DNA of 63,989 nt, the filler included, from an uncultured bacterium (GTDB taxonomy: Bacteria; CAZSTA01), in the NCBI GenBank assembly GCA_964609495.1. It is 5 parts of 5 records of this genome, joined end to end, with 100 filler letters (N's around TTAATTAATTAA, not from the genome) between each part and the next. Parts side by side here need not be neighbours in the genome. Positions count along the whole stretch, not along the records: positions 29,275 to 43,378 come from CAZSTA010000087.1; positions 43,479 to 57,444 come from CAZSTA010000088.1; 3 more parts are not named here. One strand, given 5' to 3'. Shown one piece after another: positions 38,406 to 47,480 of the stretch; position 1 is the stretch's first letter, and each line of letters opens with the position of its first letter. The position numbers and the translations under genes are program-made. The notes under the pieces were generated by a model. The model saw only the letters and a program-made list of their open reading frames with translations, was not told the origin of the DNA and made no database searches.

Positions 38406-39275
38406 ATGACGAAGCTCGTTAAGATCTCGCTGGTGGGAATTTTATGGTTATTTCTTCTGATGCAAACCTCGAACGCGGTGGAGGAGGGAGCTTTCGCTCG
38501 CATCGGGGTGGGAGCTAGACCTCTAGGTATGGGAGGAGCCTTCGTCGCGGTAGCTGATGATGCCAATTCCGTATATTGGAATCCTGCTGGCTTAACCTCC
38601 CTGGAGGGTATGGAGTTCACCAGTATGTATTCTCAGCAGTTAGGAATCATTGATTACAACTTCTTAGCCTTTGCTTCCCCCTTCGAAAATATTGGGAATT
38701 TTGGGATAAGTTGGATAGGTTTAAGTGCAGATACGATCTACAGTAGTGGAGCGGGAACCTACAGCGAGAACACCATCGCTATATCCTATGGNNNNNNNNN
38801 NGGACGAGAGGTAATACGCAATCTCTCCGTTGGTGGCAACTTGAAGTTTCTCTCAGTCTCAGCAACAAAAACGAGTTCGGGTTTTGGCTTAGATATAGGT
38901 GCACAGTATAGAGCAATGGACAAACTCGAAGTGGGACTTATGCTCGTCGATCCCATCTCAACTATAAAATGGGAGGAATCGGGAACGAGTGAGAGTCTAA
39001 AGAGCTTATATATCTTAGGAGCGGCTTACGAGGTTATAGATGGTCTAACCCTAGCTTGCGATATAGAGGATCTCGACCTCGCTAAGCTTCATCTAGGAGC
39101 CGAATATTGGTACTTCTATCCCCAATTGGGAAGCCTGGGATTAAGAGCTGGCAGTGATAGAGGTAACCTAGCGGTAGGGGCTAGCTTGAGGATCGAGAAT
39201 TTCGACTTCGATTATGCCTTTATGTCCCACGATATAGGGAACTCTCATCGCCTCTCTGCCACTGCTCGCTGGTGA
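38406..39275 (+). CDS. PorV/PorQ (UPF0164)-family outer-membrane beta-barrel
   Basis: IGVGARPLGMGGAFVAVADDANSVYWNPAGL; FGLDIG, FDYAF, HRLS; C-terminal W; in-frame 10-N scaffold gap. Confidence 0.85.
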   Translation: MTKLVKISLVGILWLFLLMQTSNAVEEGAFARIGVGARPLGMGGAFVAVADDANSVYWNPAGLTSLEGMEFTSMYSQQLGIIDYNFLAFASPFENIGNFGISWIGLSADTIYSSGAGTYSENTIAISYXXXXGREVIRNLSVGGNLKFLSVSATKTSSGFGLDIGAQYRAMDKLEVGLMLVDPISTIKWEESGTSESLKSLYILGAAYEVIDGLTLACDIEDLDLAKLHLGAEYWYFYPQLGSLGLRAGSDRGNLAVGASLRIENFDFDYAFMSHDIGNSHRLSATARW

Positions 39276-39297
39276 ATCATTCTATCTAACGAGATAT

Positions 39298-39352
39298 GTT
39301 CCCTCTCCCCTCGTGGGAGAGGGATAGGGTGAGGGGGATCATATCTTGAACT
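39298..39352 (-). repeat. Family A repeat (single module)
   Basis: GTTCCCTCTCCCCTCGTGGGAGAGGGATAGGGTGAGGGGGATCATATCTTGAA. Confidence 0.88.
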
Positions 39353-39394
39353 AATAATCAAGAAACTAATAAATAGTGTGAAAGGAGATCAGAT

Positions 39395-41209
39395 ATGTCT
39401 TCCCAAAAGTTAGAGAGGATATCCGATAACATATATCTTTTTCGCGATATATGTAACGTCTATTTAATAAAGGACGGTGATAGAGGGCTACTAATAGACT
39501 CTGGTTCAGCCTCGATCCTTCCCTTTCTAGGGGAGGTCGGGGTCGATCAGTTAGAGTGGGTTCTCCATACCCATCATCACCGCGATCAATGTCAGGGGGA
39601 TCGAACCCTGAATAAGAGAGGTGTCAAGATCGCAGTTCCTGCTGAGGATTCGACGCTCTTCACCGAGGTAGATAACTTCTGGAAGAACAGGGACCTCTTC
39701 GATAACTATGATACTCACTCCGATTATATGACTTTGGCGGAGAGCATCGAGTGTGAGCGAGAACTCGAAGATCACGAGACCTTTCAGTGGGGACCATATA
39801 GCTTTTATATCCATCCGACTCCGGGGCATACCAAATACTCGACTACTTTCATAACTGAGATAGATGGAAAGAAGATCGCCTTCACTGGGGATCTGATCCA
39901 CTCTCCGGGCAAGGTTTGGAATCTCTATGATTTGGAGTGGAGCTATTCCAATAACTCCGCTTTAAACGCGGAGTTATTCTCCCTGCAATCGCTCAAGAGT
40001 CTCTCGCCAGATATGATATTGCCGAGCCATGGCGATCCGATCGATAATCCAATTGAGGCTATAGATGCTACCTATGAGAATCTGATGGCTATCTTCAAGC
40101 TGGCCTACGAGACCACTCCTCTGATGCAGAAGATGATCCCCTCCTCCGAAGCCACTATAACTCAGTTCTCGCCCCATCTTCTAGGCAATATCTCTGCGGT
40201 TTCCAACTTCTACTGTCTCCTCTCCGATAGTGGTAAGGGTCTCTTTATCGACTATGGTTGGCCTAGCGGCGCTCATTTCACCTCTTTTAAGTTTGTGGAG
40301 CACTCTATAGATATCCTCAAAGAGAGATATGGATTGAAATCCATCGAGGTGGTCATCCCCAGCCATTATCACGACGATCATATAGGAGGGATCCCCTATC
40401 TTCAGAAGAACTACGGCTCCAAAGTTTGGGTCTATGAGAATATGAAATATATCTTAGAGAATCCGATGGCTCTGAATCTAAACTGCACTCTAAGTGTACC
40501 GATCTCGGTAGATAGGGCTTTTAAGGATGGGGAGAAGGTCAAATGGGAGGAGTATGAGCTGACTTTTCACTACTTCCCTGGTCAGACGGAGTATGCCACA
40601 GGGGTCTCATTCATAGTCGATGGCAAGAAGGCGATGGTTGTAGGAGATAATATCTATATCTTTAAGGAGGGCTGGAGGGGGAGCTTGATCTGTCGCAACT
40701 ATGTTCGCGTCGATACCTTCATCGACTGCGCCTCTAAACTCAAGGAGGTCGCTCCAGATATCCTGATAACTGGGCATTGGGGAATAGAGGAAGTAACCCC
40801 GCAGAAGATCGAGGCCTTTTGGGAATGGGCCCAGAGATGGCGTCAATCGCTTATAGCTGTAGCTGTTCAGGAAGACCCCGATTTTGGATTAGACCCGGGG
40901 TGGGTGAGTATAAAGCCTTACTATCTCGAGGCAAAAGCAGGAGATTCGCTCAGAGTAGAAGCGATAATTAATAATCACGGAAGCTCTGCTATAGAGGGGG
41001 AGATCGCCCTTAATGTTCCGAGAGACTGGAAGGTCAATCCCGAATCTGGTAGGTATAACGTTGAAGCTAAAGAGATAGGCTCCCTCCCCTTTGAGATCTC
41101 GATATCTCCTCGTGCTGAGTCTGGAACTCGAAAAATCCTGACTCTCGAAGTTGGTCTCAAGGGGCAGGAATTGGGCCAGATCACTGAGGCGGTAGTGGAT
41201 ATAAGGTAG
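39395..41209 (+). CDS. Tandem metallo-beta-lactamase-fold hydrolase with C-terminal NEW3/Ig-like domain
   Basis: THHHRDQ..TPGHT..GD..PSHG, then a second SHYHDDH..PGQT..GD..TGH. Confidence 0.85.
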   Translation: MSSQKLERISDNIYLFRDICNVYLIKDGDRGLLIDSGSASILPFLGEVGVDQLEWVLHTHHHRDQCQGDRTLNKRGVKIAVPAEDSTLFTEVDNFWKNRDLFDNYDTHSDYMTLAESIECERELEDHETFQWGPYSFYIHPTPGHTKYSTTFITEIDGKKIAFTGDLIHSPGKVWNLYDLEWSYSNNSALNAELFSLQSLKSLSPDMILPSHGDPIDNPIEAIDATYENLMAIFKLAYETTPLMQKMIPSSEATITQFSPHLLGNISAVSNFYCLLSDSGKGLFIDYGWPSGAHFTSFKFVEHSIDILKERYGLKSIEVVIPSHYHDDHIGGIPYLQKNYGSKVWVYENMKYILENPMALNLNCTLSVPISVDRAFKDGEKVKWEEYELTFHYFPGQTEYATGVSFIVDGKKAMVVGDNIYIFKEGWRGSLICRNYVRVDTFIDCASKLKEVAPDILITGHWGIEEVTPQKIEAFWEWAQRWRQSLIAVAVQEDPDFGLDPGWVSIKPYYLEAKAGDSLRVEAIINNHGSSAIEGEIALNVPRDWKVNPESGRYNVEAKEIGSLPFEISISPRAESGTRKILTLEVGLKGQELGQITEAVVDIR

Positions 41210-41247
41210 CTTATAATTATAAAGATTTGGATAAAGGAGTTCAATAT

Positions 41248-42699
41248 ATGGCTGATAAGGAAACCGAATTCGTAAAAGAGATCACTTCCAAGAGCGAAGA
41301 CTTCTCTCAATGGTATGTAGATGTCATCATAAAAACTGAGCTAGCTGACTACTCAACCATCAAAGGTTGTATGGTCATTAGACCTTATGGCTTCGCTTTG
41401 TGGGAGAACATCAAAGCTGGACTGGATAAGAGGATAAAGGCTTCTGGGCATGAAAACGCCTACTTCCCTCTATTCATACCTGAAAGCTTCCTTAATAAGG
41501 AAGCCGAACATGTCGAAGGATTCGCTCCTGAAGTTGCTTGGGTGACTCATGGCGGGAATCAGAAGTTAGAGGAGAGGTTGGCAATAAGACCCACCTCAGA
41601 AGCGATAATATGCAGTATGTATGCCAAGTGGATTCGCTCTTGGCGAGATCTACCACTTCTTATAAATCAGTGGAGCAATGTAGTGCGCTGGGAAAAGGTA
41701 ACTCGCCTCTTCCTTCGCACGACTGAATTTCTCTGGCAAGAGGGGCATACTGCTCATCGCACCTATGAGGAGGCTGAGGAAGAAACTCGAAGGATGTTAG
41801 ACATATATCAAGATTTTGTCGAGAATGATCTAGCAATACCAGTTATCCCCGGAGTTAAGACGGACCAGGAGAAGTTCGCTGGTGCTGATAGGACCTATTC
41901 GATAGAGGCTCTGATGTCAGATGGAAGGGCTTTACAGGCGGCAACCTCCCACAACCTAGGTCAGCACTTCGCTAAGGTGTTCGATATCAAATTCTTGGAC
42001 GAGGATCAACAGGAGAAGTTCGTCTGGCAGACCTCTTGGGGATTATCCTCACGCATCATCGGTGCTTTGATAATGACTCACGGGGATGACTCTGGCTTGA
42101 TTATTCCTCCCCGAGTCGCTCCTATTCAGGTTATAATCATCCCAATTCTCTATGAGAAGACGAAAGCCGAGGTTCTCCAAAAAACCGAGGAATTATCTGC
42201 TCAACTCAAAACCCATTTTAGGGTTAAAGCTGATGTCAGGGATGAATATACCCCTGGTTGGAAATATAACGAGTGGGAGATGAAGGGAGTTCCCCTAAGG
42301 TTGGAGATAGGACCCCGTGATATTAAGAATAAGCAGGCGGTCCTAGTGCGGAGAGATACCAGGGAGAAGGTTATAGTCACGGAAGAGGAATTAGAAGCGA
42401 CCATCGAGAATTTGCTAGTTGATATTCAGAATAATCTCTTCCAGCGAGCTGAAGAGTTCAGGGAGAATAATACCTATCTAGCAAGCGATATGGAGGAGTT
42501 CGAGAAGATAATAGGCGAAAAGAGAGGATTTATTAAAGCCTATTGGTGTGGAGGAAGCGAGTGCGAGAATAAGATTAAGGAGAGAACTTCTGCCACTATC
42601 CGCTGTATTCCTCTCTCCGCAGAAGAGGACGGAAAAGGCAACTGTATCTATTGCGGTAAAGAAGATGGAACTATAGCCTACTTTGCTAGAGCCTATTAA
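41248..42699 (+). CDS. proS: Proline--tRNA ligase (eukaryote/archaea-like type)
   Basis: IRPTSE, FLRTTEFLWQEGHT, SHNLGQHF, QTSWGLSSR, C-terminal zinc-binding domain ending FARAY. Confidence 0.97.
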   Translation: MADKETEFVKEITSKSEDFSQWYVDVIIKTELADYSTIKGCMVIRPYGFALWENIKAGLDKRIKASGHENAYFPLFIPESFLNKEAEHVEGFAPEVAWVTHGGNQKLEERLAIRPTSEAIICSMYAKWIRSWRDLPLLINQWSNVVRWEKVTRLFLRTTEFLWQEGHTAHRTYEEAEEETRRMLDIYQDFVENDLAIPVIPGVKTDQEKFAGADRTYSIEALMSDGRALQAATSHNLGQHFAKVFDIKFLDEDQQEKFVWQTSWGLSSRIIGALIMTHGDDSGLIIPPRVAPIQVIIIPILYEKTKAEVLQKTEELSAQLKTHFRVKADVRDEYTPGWKYNEWEMKGVPLRLEIGPRDIKNKQAVLVRRDTREKVIVTEEELEATIENLLVDIQNNLFQRAEEFRENNTYLASDMEEFEKIIGEKRGFIKAYWCGGSECENKIKERTSATIRCIPLSAEEDGKGNCIYCGKEDGTIAYFARAY

Positions 42700-42725
42700 C
42701 GTGACGATTAAAAATCCCACTTAAT

Positions 42726-42791
42726 AAAGGAAACTTTTGCAGGCAAAAATATATAAGGTTAAAAAGTTACCAGAATTAAAAAGTTTCCTTT
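42726..42791. repeat. Family B element (deletion derivative)
   Basis: AAAGGAAACTTTTG...AAAAGTTACCAGAATTAAAAAGTTTCCTTT. Confidence 0.8.
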
Positions 42792-42810
42792 AAAAGAAAG
42801 AGAGATAATA

Positions 42811-43311
42811 ATGAAAATAGCCATTTCTCCCGGTAGTTTCGACCCTATAACCAATGGGCATCTCGATCTGATAGAGCGAGCGATCAAGATCTTCGATAAG
42901 ATCATCGTCGCGGTAGCTAAAAATCCCAGGAAAAAGACCTTGTTCACTCTTGAGGAACGAATGTATATGCTGGAGGAATCCTTAAAAGAGCTTGATGATA
43001 TCGAGATAGATGCTTTTGAGGGACTCCTAGTCAACTTCGCGCGAAGCAAGGATGCTCACTTCATAGTGAGGGGATTGAGAGTCATTTCCGATTTCGAGTT
43101 CGAATTTCAGATGGCCTTGATGAATAGAAAGTTAGCTAAGGATATAGAGACAGTGTTCTTAATGACCAGTAGGCGATACTCCTATTTGTCCTCAAGTATG
43201 GTAAAAGAGGTGGCCTCCTTAGGAGGCTGTATATCCGACTTAGTGCCAAAGGTAGTAGAGAGTGAACTTAAAAGAAAATTTAGCCAGATAGCTGAATATC
43301 AGGAAGCTTAA
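42811..43311 (+). CDS. coaD: Phosphopantetheine adenylyltransferase
   Basis: PGSFDPITNGHLD, VRGLRVISDFEFE, LSSSMVKE. Confidence 0.97.
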   Translation: MKIAISPGSFDPITNGHLDLIERAIKIFDKIIVAVAKNPRKKTLFTLEERMYMLEESLKELDDIEIDAFEGLLVNFARSKDAHFIVRGLRVISDFEFEFQMALMNRKLAKDIETVFLMTSRRYSYLSSSMVKEVASLGGCISDLVPKVVESELKRKFSQIAEYQEA

Positions 43312-43322
43312 TTGTGATGGAC

Positions 43323-43378
43323 AAAAGGAAACTTTTGCAGGCAATAAAACTCAAGTGTTCTGGTAACTTTTGCTTCCA
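43323..43378. repeat. Family B element truncated at contig end
   Basis: AAAAGGAAACTTTTGCAGGCAATAAAACTCAAGTGTTCTGGTAACTTTTG. Confidence 0.8.
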
Positions 43379-43478
43379 NNNNNNNNNNNNNNNNNNNNNN
43401 NNNNNNNNNNNNNNNNNNNNNNTTAATTAATTAANNNNNNNNNNNNNNNNNNNNNNNNNNNNNNNNNNNNNNNNNNNN
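43379..43478. other. Artificial contig linker
   Basis: N44-TTAATTAATTAA-N44. Confidence 0.97.
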
Positions 43479-43577
43479 CTTTGCTAATTAGTATTTACCT
43501 CAATTATATCTAATTGAGGTAAAATTATCAAATAATTTATAGCGAGTCGATGCGTGTAAATTAGGAACTTCAACCCC

Positions 43578-43606
43578 TTGAAAAATTGATTAAAATATGA
43601 TATAAT
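43578..43606 (+). promoter_or_regulatory. Sigma70-type promoter of peptide ABC operon
   Basis: TTGAAA-17-TATAAT with extended TG. Confidence 0.7.
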
Positions 43607-43881
43607 AACAAGCTAAGCGGATTACTATTTCAGAATAGCTTATTAGGAGGTGAGAGGTTTAAATCGTAGGTTACAGAGAGATCTTTTATCCTGAAAGTAA
43701 ATTATCCTTTTTAATTACTGGCTGAAAGGTTTCGCTATTCCTAGTAGGGATACCCAGGATTTGCCTTATAGACGATTCTGGATAGATGAGATTAGGAGAA
43801 GATAAGAAGATCAAAACTAGCTGGTTTAGTAACAACGCAAAGTTCGATTAATTAAAAGATGTAAGGAGGTTGATTGAGTTT

Positions 43882-45486
43882 ATGAGAAAAAAATTATTTC
43901 TCATTTTGTTGGTTTGTACTTTCAGTTTAGTCACCTTTACTTTAGCTTCTGCTGAGGAGCCTCAGTATGGTGGCATCTTAAATCGGGATCTAGGACCATC
44001 TGATGTTCCGACCTTGGATCCGGCTTATGTCACCGATACCTCGTCTGCCGAGGTGGCTCGTCAGATCTTCGACGGGCTAGTTGAGTATGATATAGATGGT
44101 AATGTAATCCCCATGATAGCAAAGTCCTGGGAACCTTCAGAAGGTGGACTTAGCTGGACTTTCTATTTGAGGGATGACGTCTATTTCCAGGACAGCTATG
44201 GAGATGGGACTCCCACCAAGAATGGAGGGAGGCAGGTAACTGCCCATGACTTCGTCTGGTCTTGGAATAGAGTGATTGATCCCGCAACTAAATCCCCGAG
44301 AGCGGGCTTCTTTGAGCATATCGATAAGTTCGAGGCTCTTGATGACTTCACCTTCAAGATAACTCTGAAGCAACCCTTCACTCCATTCCTAGCCCTCCTA
44401 GCTTACAACTGTTTCTACGTTCTTCCGAAGGAGGATGTAGAGGCTTGGGGAGAGGATTTTACTTTCCATCCAGTAGGGAGTGGTGCTTTCAGGTTCAAGG
44501 AGTGGAGACACGATGAATATATCGATCTCGTAGCTAACGAGAACTATTTCAAAGGAAGACCATATCTTGATGGAGCCCGTGTCAGCATCACCTCTGATGA
44601 GGATGTTCGCTTCCTCAACTTGAAGATGGGAGATCTGGACTTCGGTGACATACCTGACCCCCATTGGGATGCTACTTGGAACGATCCTCAGTATAAGAAG
44701 CTGATCGTCCGCCGTCCTGTCTTGGGAGTCTACTACATCGGATTCAATGTTACCATGGAGCCATTTACTGGTGAGAAGGGAAAGCTACTTAGAAAAGCCT
44801 TTAACTATGCTATCGATAGGGAATTCATCGTCAATGTAATTAGGAGAGGAAGAGCAACTATAGCTACTGGTATTCTTCCACCTGTTATGCCGGCCTTCAA
44901 TCCCGATCTAAAGGGTTATGGATACAATCCTGAGAAGGCGATGGAGTTGTTAGCTCAGGCTGGATATCCCAATGGCGAAGGATTGGAAACTATCGAGCTA
45001 TGGCATAACACTAGCGCTAGCCATAGAAGAATCACCGAGGCTATTCAGGACAGCTTGAAGGAGATCGGGGTGGATGTCAAGCTTAATAACCTCGACTGGG
45101 GAGCCTATATTGAGAAGGTAGATCAGGGTGGCTTCCAGATGTTCCGACTCGGATGGATTGCCGACTATCCTGATCCTGAGAACTTCCTAACCGTTCTACT
45201 TCATTCCAAGAACAGAGGACCTGGTGGAAACGGTGCTTTCTATAGCAATCCCGAAGTAGATGCTCTACTCGATAAGGCTGATGTTGAGACCGATCAAGTT
45301 AAGAGGACCGCTCTTTATCGCCAAGCCGAGGAGATGATTATGGATGATGCTCCGTGGATGCCCATTTATTACTATCAGTCCGATTTCTTCGTCAACCCTT
45401 GGTTGAAAGAATTCGCCATCCCCTCGATGGGCATTCAAGATTTAGCTTATAGACAGCTCTGGATAGACGAAAGCGCGATAAGGTAA
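43882..45486 (+). CDS. Peptide ABC transporter substrate-binding protein (family 5), copy 1
   Basis: Signal peptide; TLDPA, IFDGLVEYD, PVGSGAF, GWIADYPDPENFL. Confidence 0.92.
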   Translation: MRKKLFLILLVCTFSLVTFTLASAEEPQYGGILNRDLGPSDVPTLDPAYVTDTSSAEVARQIFDGLVEYDIDGNVIPMIAKSWEPSEGGLSWTFYLRDDVYFQDSYGDGTPTKNGGRQVTAHDFVWSWNRVIDPATKSPRAGFFEHIDKFEALDDFTFKITLKQPFTPFLALLAYNCFYVLPKEDVEAWGEDFTFHPVGSGAFRFKEWRHDEYIDLVANENYFKGRPYLDGARVSITSDEDVRFLNLKMGDLDFGDIPDPHWDATWNDPQYKKLIVRRPVLGVYYIGFNVTMEPFTGEKGKLLRKAFNYAIDREFIVNVIRRGRATIATGILPPVMPAFNPDLKGYGYNPEKAMELLAQAGYPNGEGLETIELWHNTSASHRRITEAIQDSLKEIGVDVKLNNLDWGAYIEKVDQGGFQMFRLGWIADYPDPENFLTVLLHSKNRGPGGNGAFYSNPEVDALLDKADVETDQVKRTALYRQAEEMIMDDAPWMPIYYYQSDFFVNPWLKEFAIPSMGIQDLAYRQLWIDESAIR

Positions 45487-45534
45487 ATAGATTACCTAAT
45501 TGTTGTACTAAACGGCTAGTTTGACGAGAGGAGG

Positions 45535-45583
45535 TGGCTAGGTGGTAGTGGCCTATAGTCGCTAGCGCCTAGCCATTGTTTTT
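45535..45583 (+). terminator. Long imperfect hairpin followed by a T-rich run
   Basis: TGGCTAGGTGGTAGTGGC-CTATA-GTCGCTAGCGCCTAGCCA-TTGTTTTT. Confidence 0.6.
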
Positions 45584-45733
45584 ATACCACTTTATCACCT
45601 AGAACTTTTTGATTATCTTCTTTATATCGCAATCTCCTTTCCCACGCGACTTAGTTACTACAAATTCTTAGAATATTCGGGTTTGTTTTATTCATTATAA
45701 GCGATCAAAATAGTAAAATTGGGGGGGTTATAA

Positions 45734-47344
45734 ATGAAAAAGCTGCTTACTTTTACTCTCGTGTTATTTTTTATCTTAGTCATAGGTACTCTCTCCTCCG
45801 CAGAAGAACCTCGGTATGGAGGAATCTTAAATAGAGACCTCGGTCCTTCGGATATACCAACCTTGGATCCAACCTATATAACTGACACCTCCTCCTCCGA
45901 GATCGCTCATCAGATATATGATGGGCTGGTGGAATATGATCTAGATGGTAACGTGATACCAGCTATCGCCGAATCATGGGAGGTATCTGAGGATGGATCG
46001 ACTTGGACATTTCATCTGAGGGATGATGTCTATTTCCATGATACTTATGGAGATGGAACTCCCACTAAAAATGGAGGGAGGAAGACTACCGCTTATGATT
46101 TCGAGTGGTCTTGGAATAGGATCCTCGATCCTGCTATCGCCTCTCCAAGAGCGAACTTCTTCGCCTCGATCGATAAATTCGAAGCGGTGGATGATTCGAC
46201 CTTCAAGGTCACTCTGAAGCATCCCTTCGCCCCTTTTAAATCTCTCATAGCTTATACCTGTTTCTATGTGCTTCCTAAGGAGGATGTGGAAGCTTGGGGA
46301 GAGGATTTCGCCTCTCATCCAGTAGGAACAGGTGCTTTTAAGTTCAAGGAGTGGAGGCATGATGAATACATCGATCTGGTAGCCAACGAGAAATATTTCC
46401 TAGGACGACCTTATTTAGATGGGGTTCATATCACTATCACTTCTGATGAGGATGTTCGCTTCCTTAACTTAAAGATGGGGAAACTCGATTATGGTTTGAT
46501 CCCAGATCCTAATTGGGACGAGGTGAGGAACGACCCCGATCTTAAAGATTTGATCGTGAGTCGTCCAACTCTAGGTCTTTATTATGTGGGCTTCAATACA
46601 ACTGGGGAACCATTCGTTGGGGAGAAGGGCAAGCTCTTGAGGCAAGCTATTAGCCACGCGATAGATAAGGAATTCATCACCTATATCGTCAGGAGAGGAA
46701 GGGTAACCGAGGCTTATGGAATTCTCCCTCCAAGTGTGCCCGGCTTCAATCCAGATCTTAAGGGCTACGATTATGATCCTGATAGAGCCGAGGAGTTATT
46801 AGCGGAGGCTGGTTATCCGAATGGTTCAGGACTAGCTCCCATAGAGTTTTGGCATAATACAGGAGCGGGACATCGAAGGATCGCTGAGGTCATTCAAGAT
46901 AATTTGAAGAACATCGGGATAGAGGTTAAGCTCAATAACCTCGATTGGGGGGCCTATCTTCAGAAGCTGGAGCAAGGGACCTTTCCGATGTTCAGATTGG
47001 GTTGGGGAGCGGATTATCCTGATCCTGAAAACTTCCTAACCGTTCTGCTCCACTCCAAAAACAAGGGTGCTGGGGGAAATAGAACCTTCTATGATAATCC
47101 CGAGGTCGATGTGCTACTCGATGAAGCTGATACTAGCACTGATACCGAGAAGAGGTTGAAACTCTATCAGCAAGCGGAACAACTCATAATGGATGATGCT
47201 CCAATAATCCCTGTCTATTATTCTACTGCTTATCTACTTGTTCATCCCTGGGTTCATGAATCGAGCGTCCCCAAATTCAAGATCCCCACTATGGACAGGA
47301 AAGATCTACCCTATAGGATTTTGTGGTTGAGTGAGAGGGAGTAG
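45734..47344 (+). CDS. Peptide ABC transporter substrate-binding protein (family 5), copy 2
   Basis: Close paralog of 43882-45486 (shared YGGILNRDLGPSD, GDGTPTKNGGR, ADYPDPENFLTVLLHSKN). Confidence 0.92.
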   Translation: MKKLLTFTLVLFFILVIGTLSSAEEPRYGGILNRDLGPSDIPTLDPTYITDTSSSEIAHQIYDGLVEYDLDGNVIPAIAESWEVSEDGSTWTFHLRDDVYFHDTYGDGTPTKNGGRKTTAYDFEWSWNRILDPAIASPRANFFASIDKFEAVDDSTFKVTLKHPFAPFKSLIAYTCFYVLPKEDVEAWGEDFASHPVGTGAFKFKEWRHDEYIDLVANEKYFLGRPYLDGVHITITSDEDVRFLNLKMGKLDYGLIPDPNWDEVRNDPDLKDLIVSRPTLGLYYVGFNTTGEPFVGEKGKLLRQAISHAIDKEFITYIVRRGRVTEAYGILPPSVPGFNPDLKGYDYDPDRAEELLAEAGYPNGSGLAPIEFWHNTGAGHRRIAEVIQDNLKNIGIEVKLNNLDWGAYLQKLEQGTFPMFRLGWGADYPDPENFLTVLLHSKNKGAGGNRTFYDNPEVDVLLDEADTSTDTEKRLKLYQQAEQLIMDDAPIIPVYYSTAYLLVHPWVHESSVPKFKIPTMDRKDLPYRILWLSERE

Positions 47345-47354
47345 AGTTTGATAT

Positions 47355-47454
47355 AAAGGAAACTTTTGAATTCTGGTAACTTTCTAACCTTATATATTTC
47401 TGGAAGCGAAAGTTACCAGAACACTTGAGTTCTATCGCCGGCAAAAGTTTCCTT
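47355..47454. repeat. Family B element, long nested form
   Basis: Outer IR AAGGAAACTTTTG/CAAAAGTTTCCTT encloses inner IR TTCTGGTAACTTT/AAAGTTACCAGAA. Confidence 0.85.
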
Positions 47455-47480
47455 ATAAAGTGTGAGGTGACGGTGAAAAT

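Noticed and set aside
38792-38801. Possible disruption of the PorV-like gene
   Set aside because: The 10-N gap has a GG overlap on its flanks; closing it keeps the frame (SYGRE).
41209-41247. T-box leaders before proS (and before valS, hisS, leuS)
   Set aside because: The intergenic spaces are too short and no GGTGGNACCGCG T-box motif is visible.
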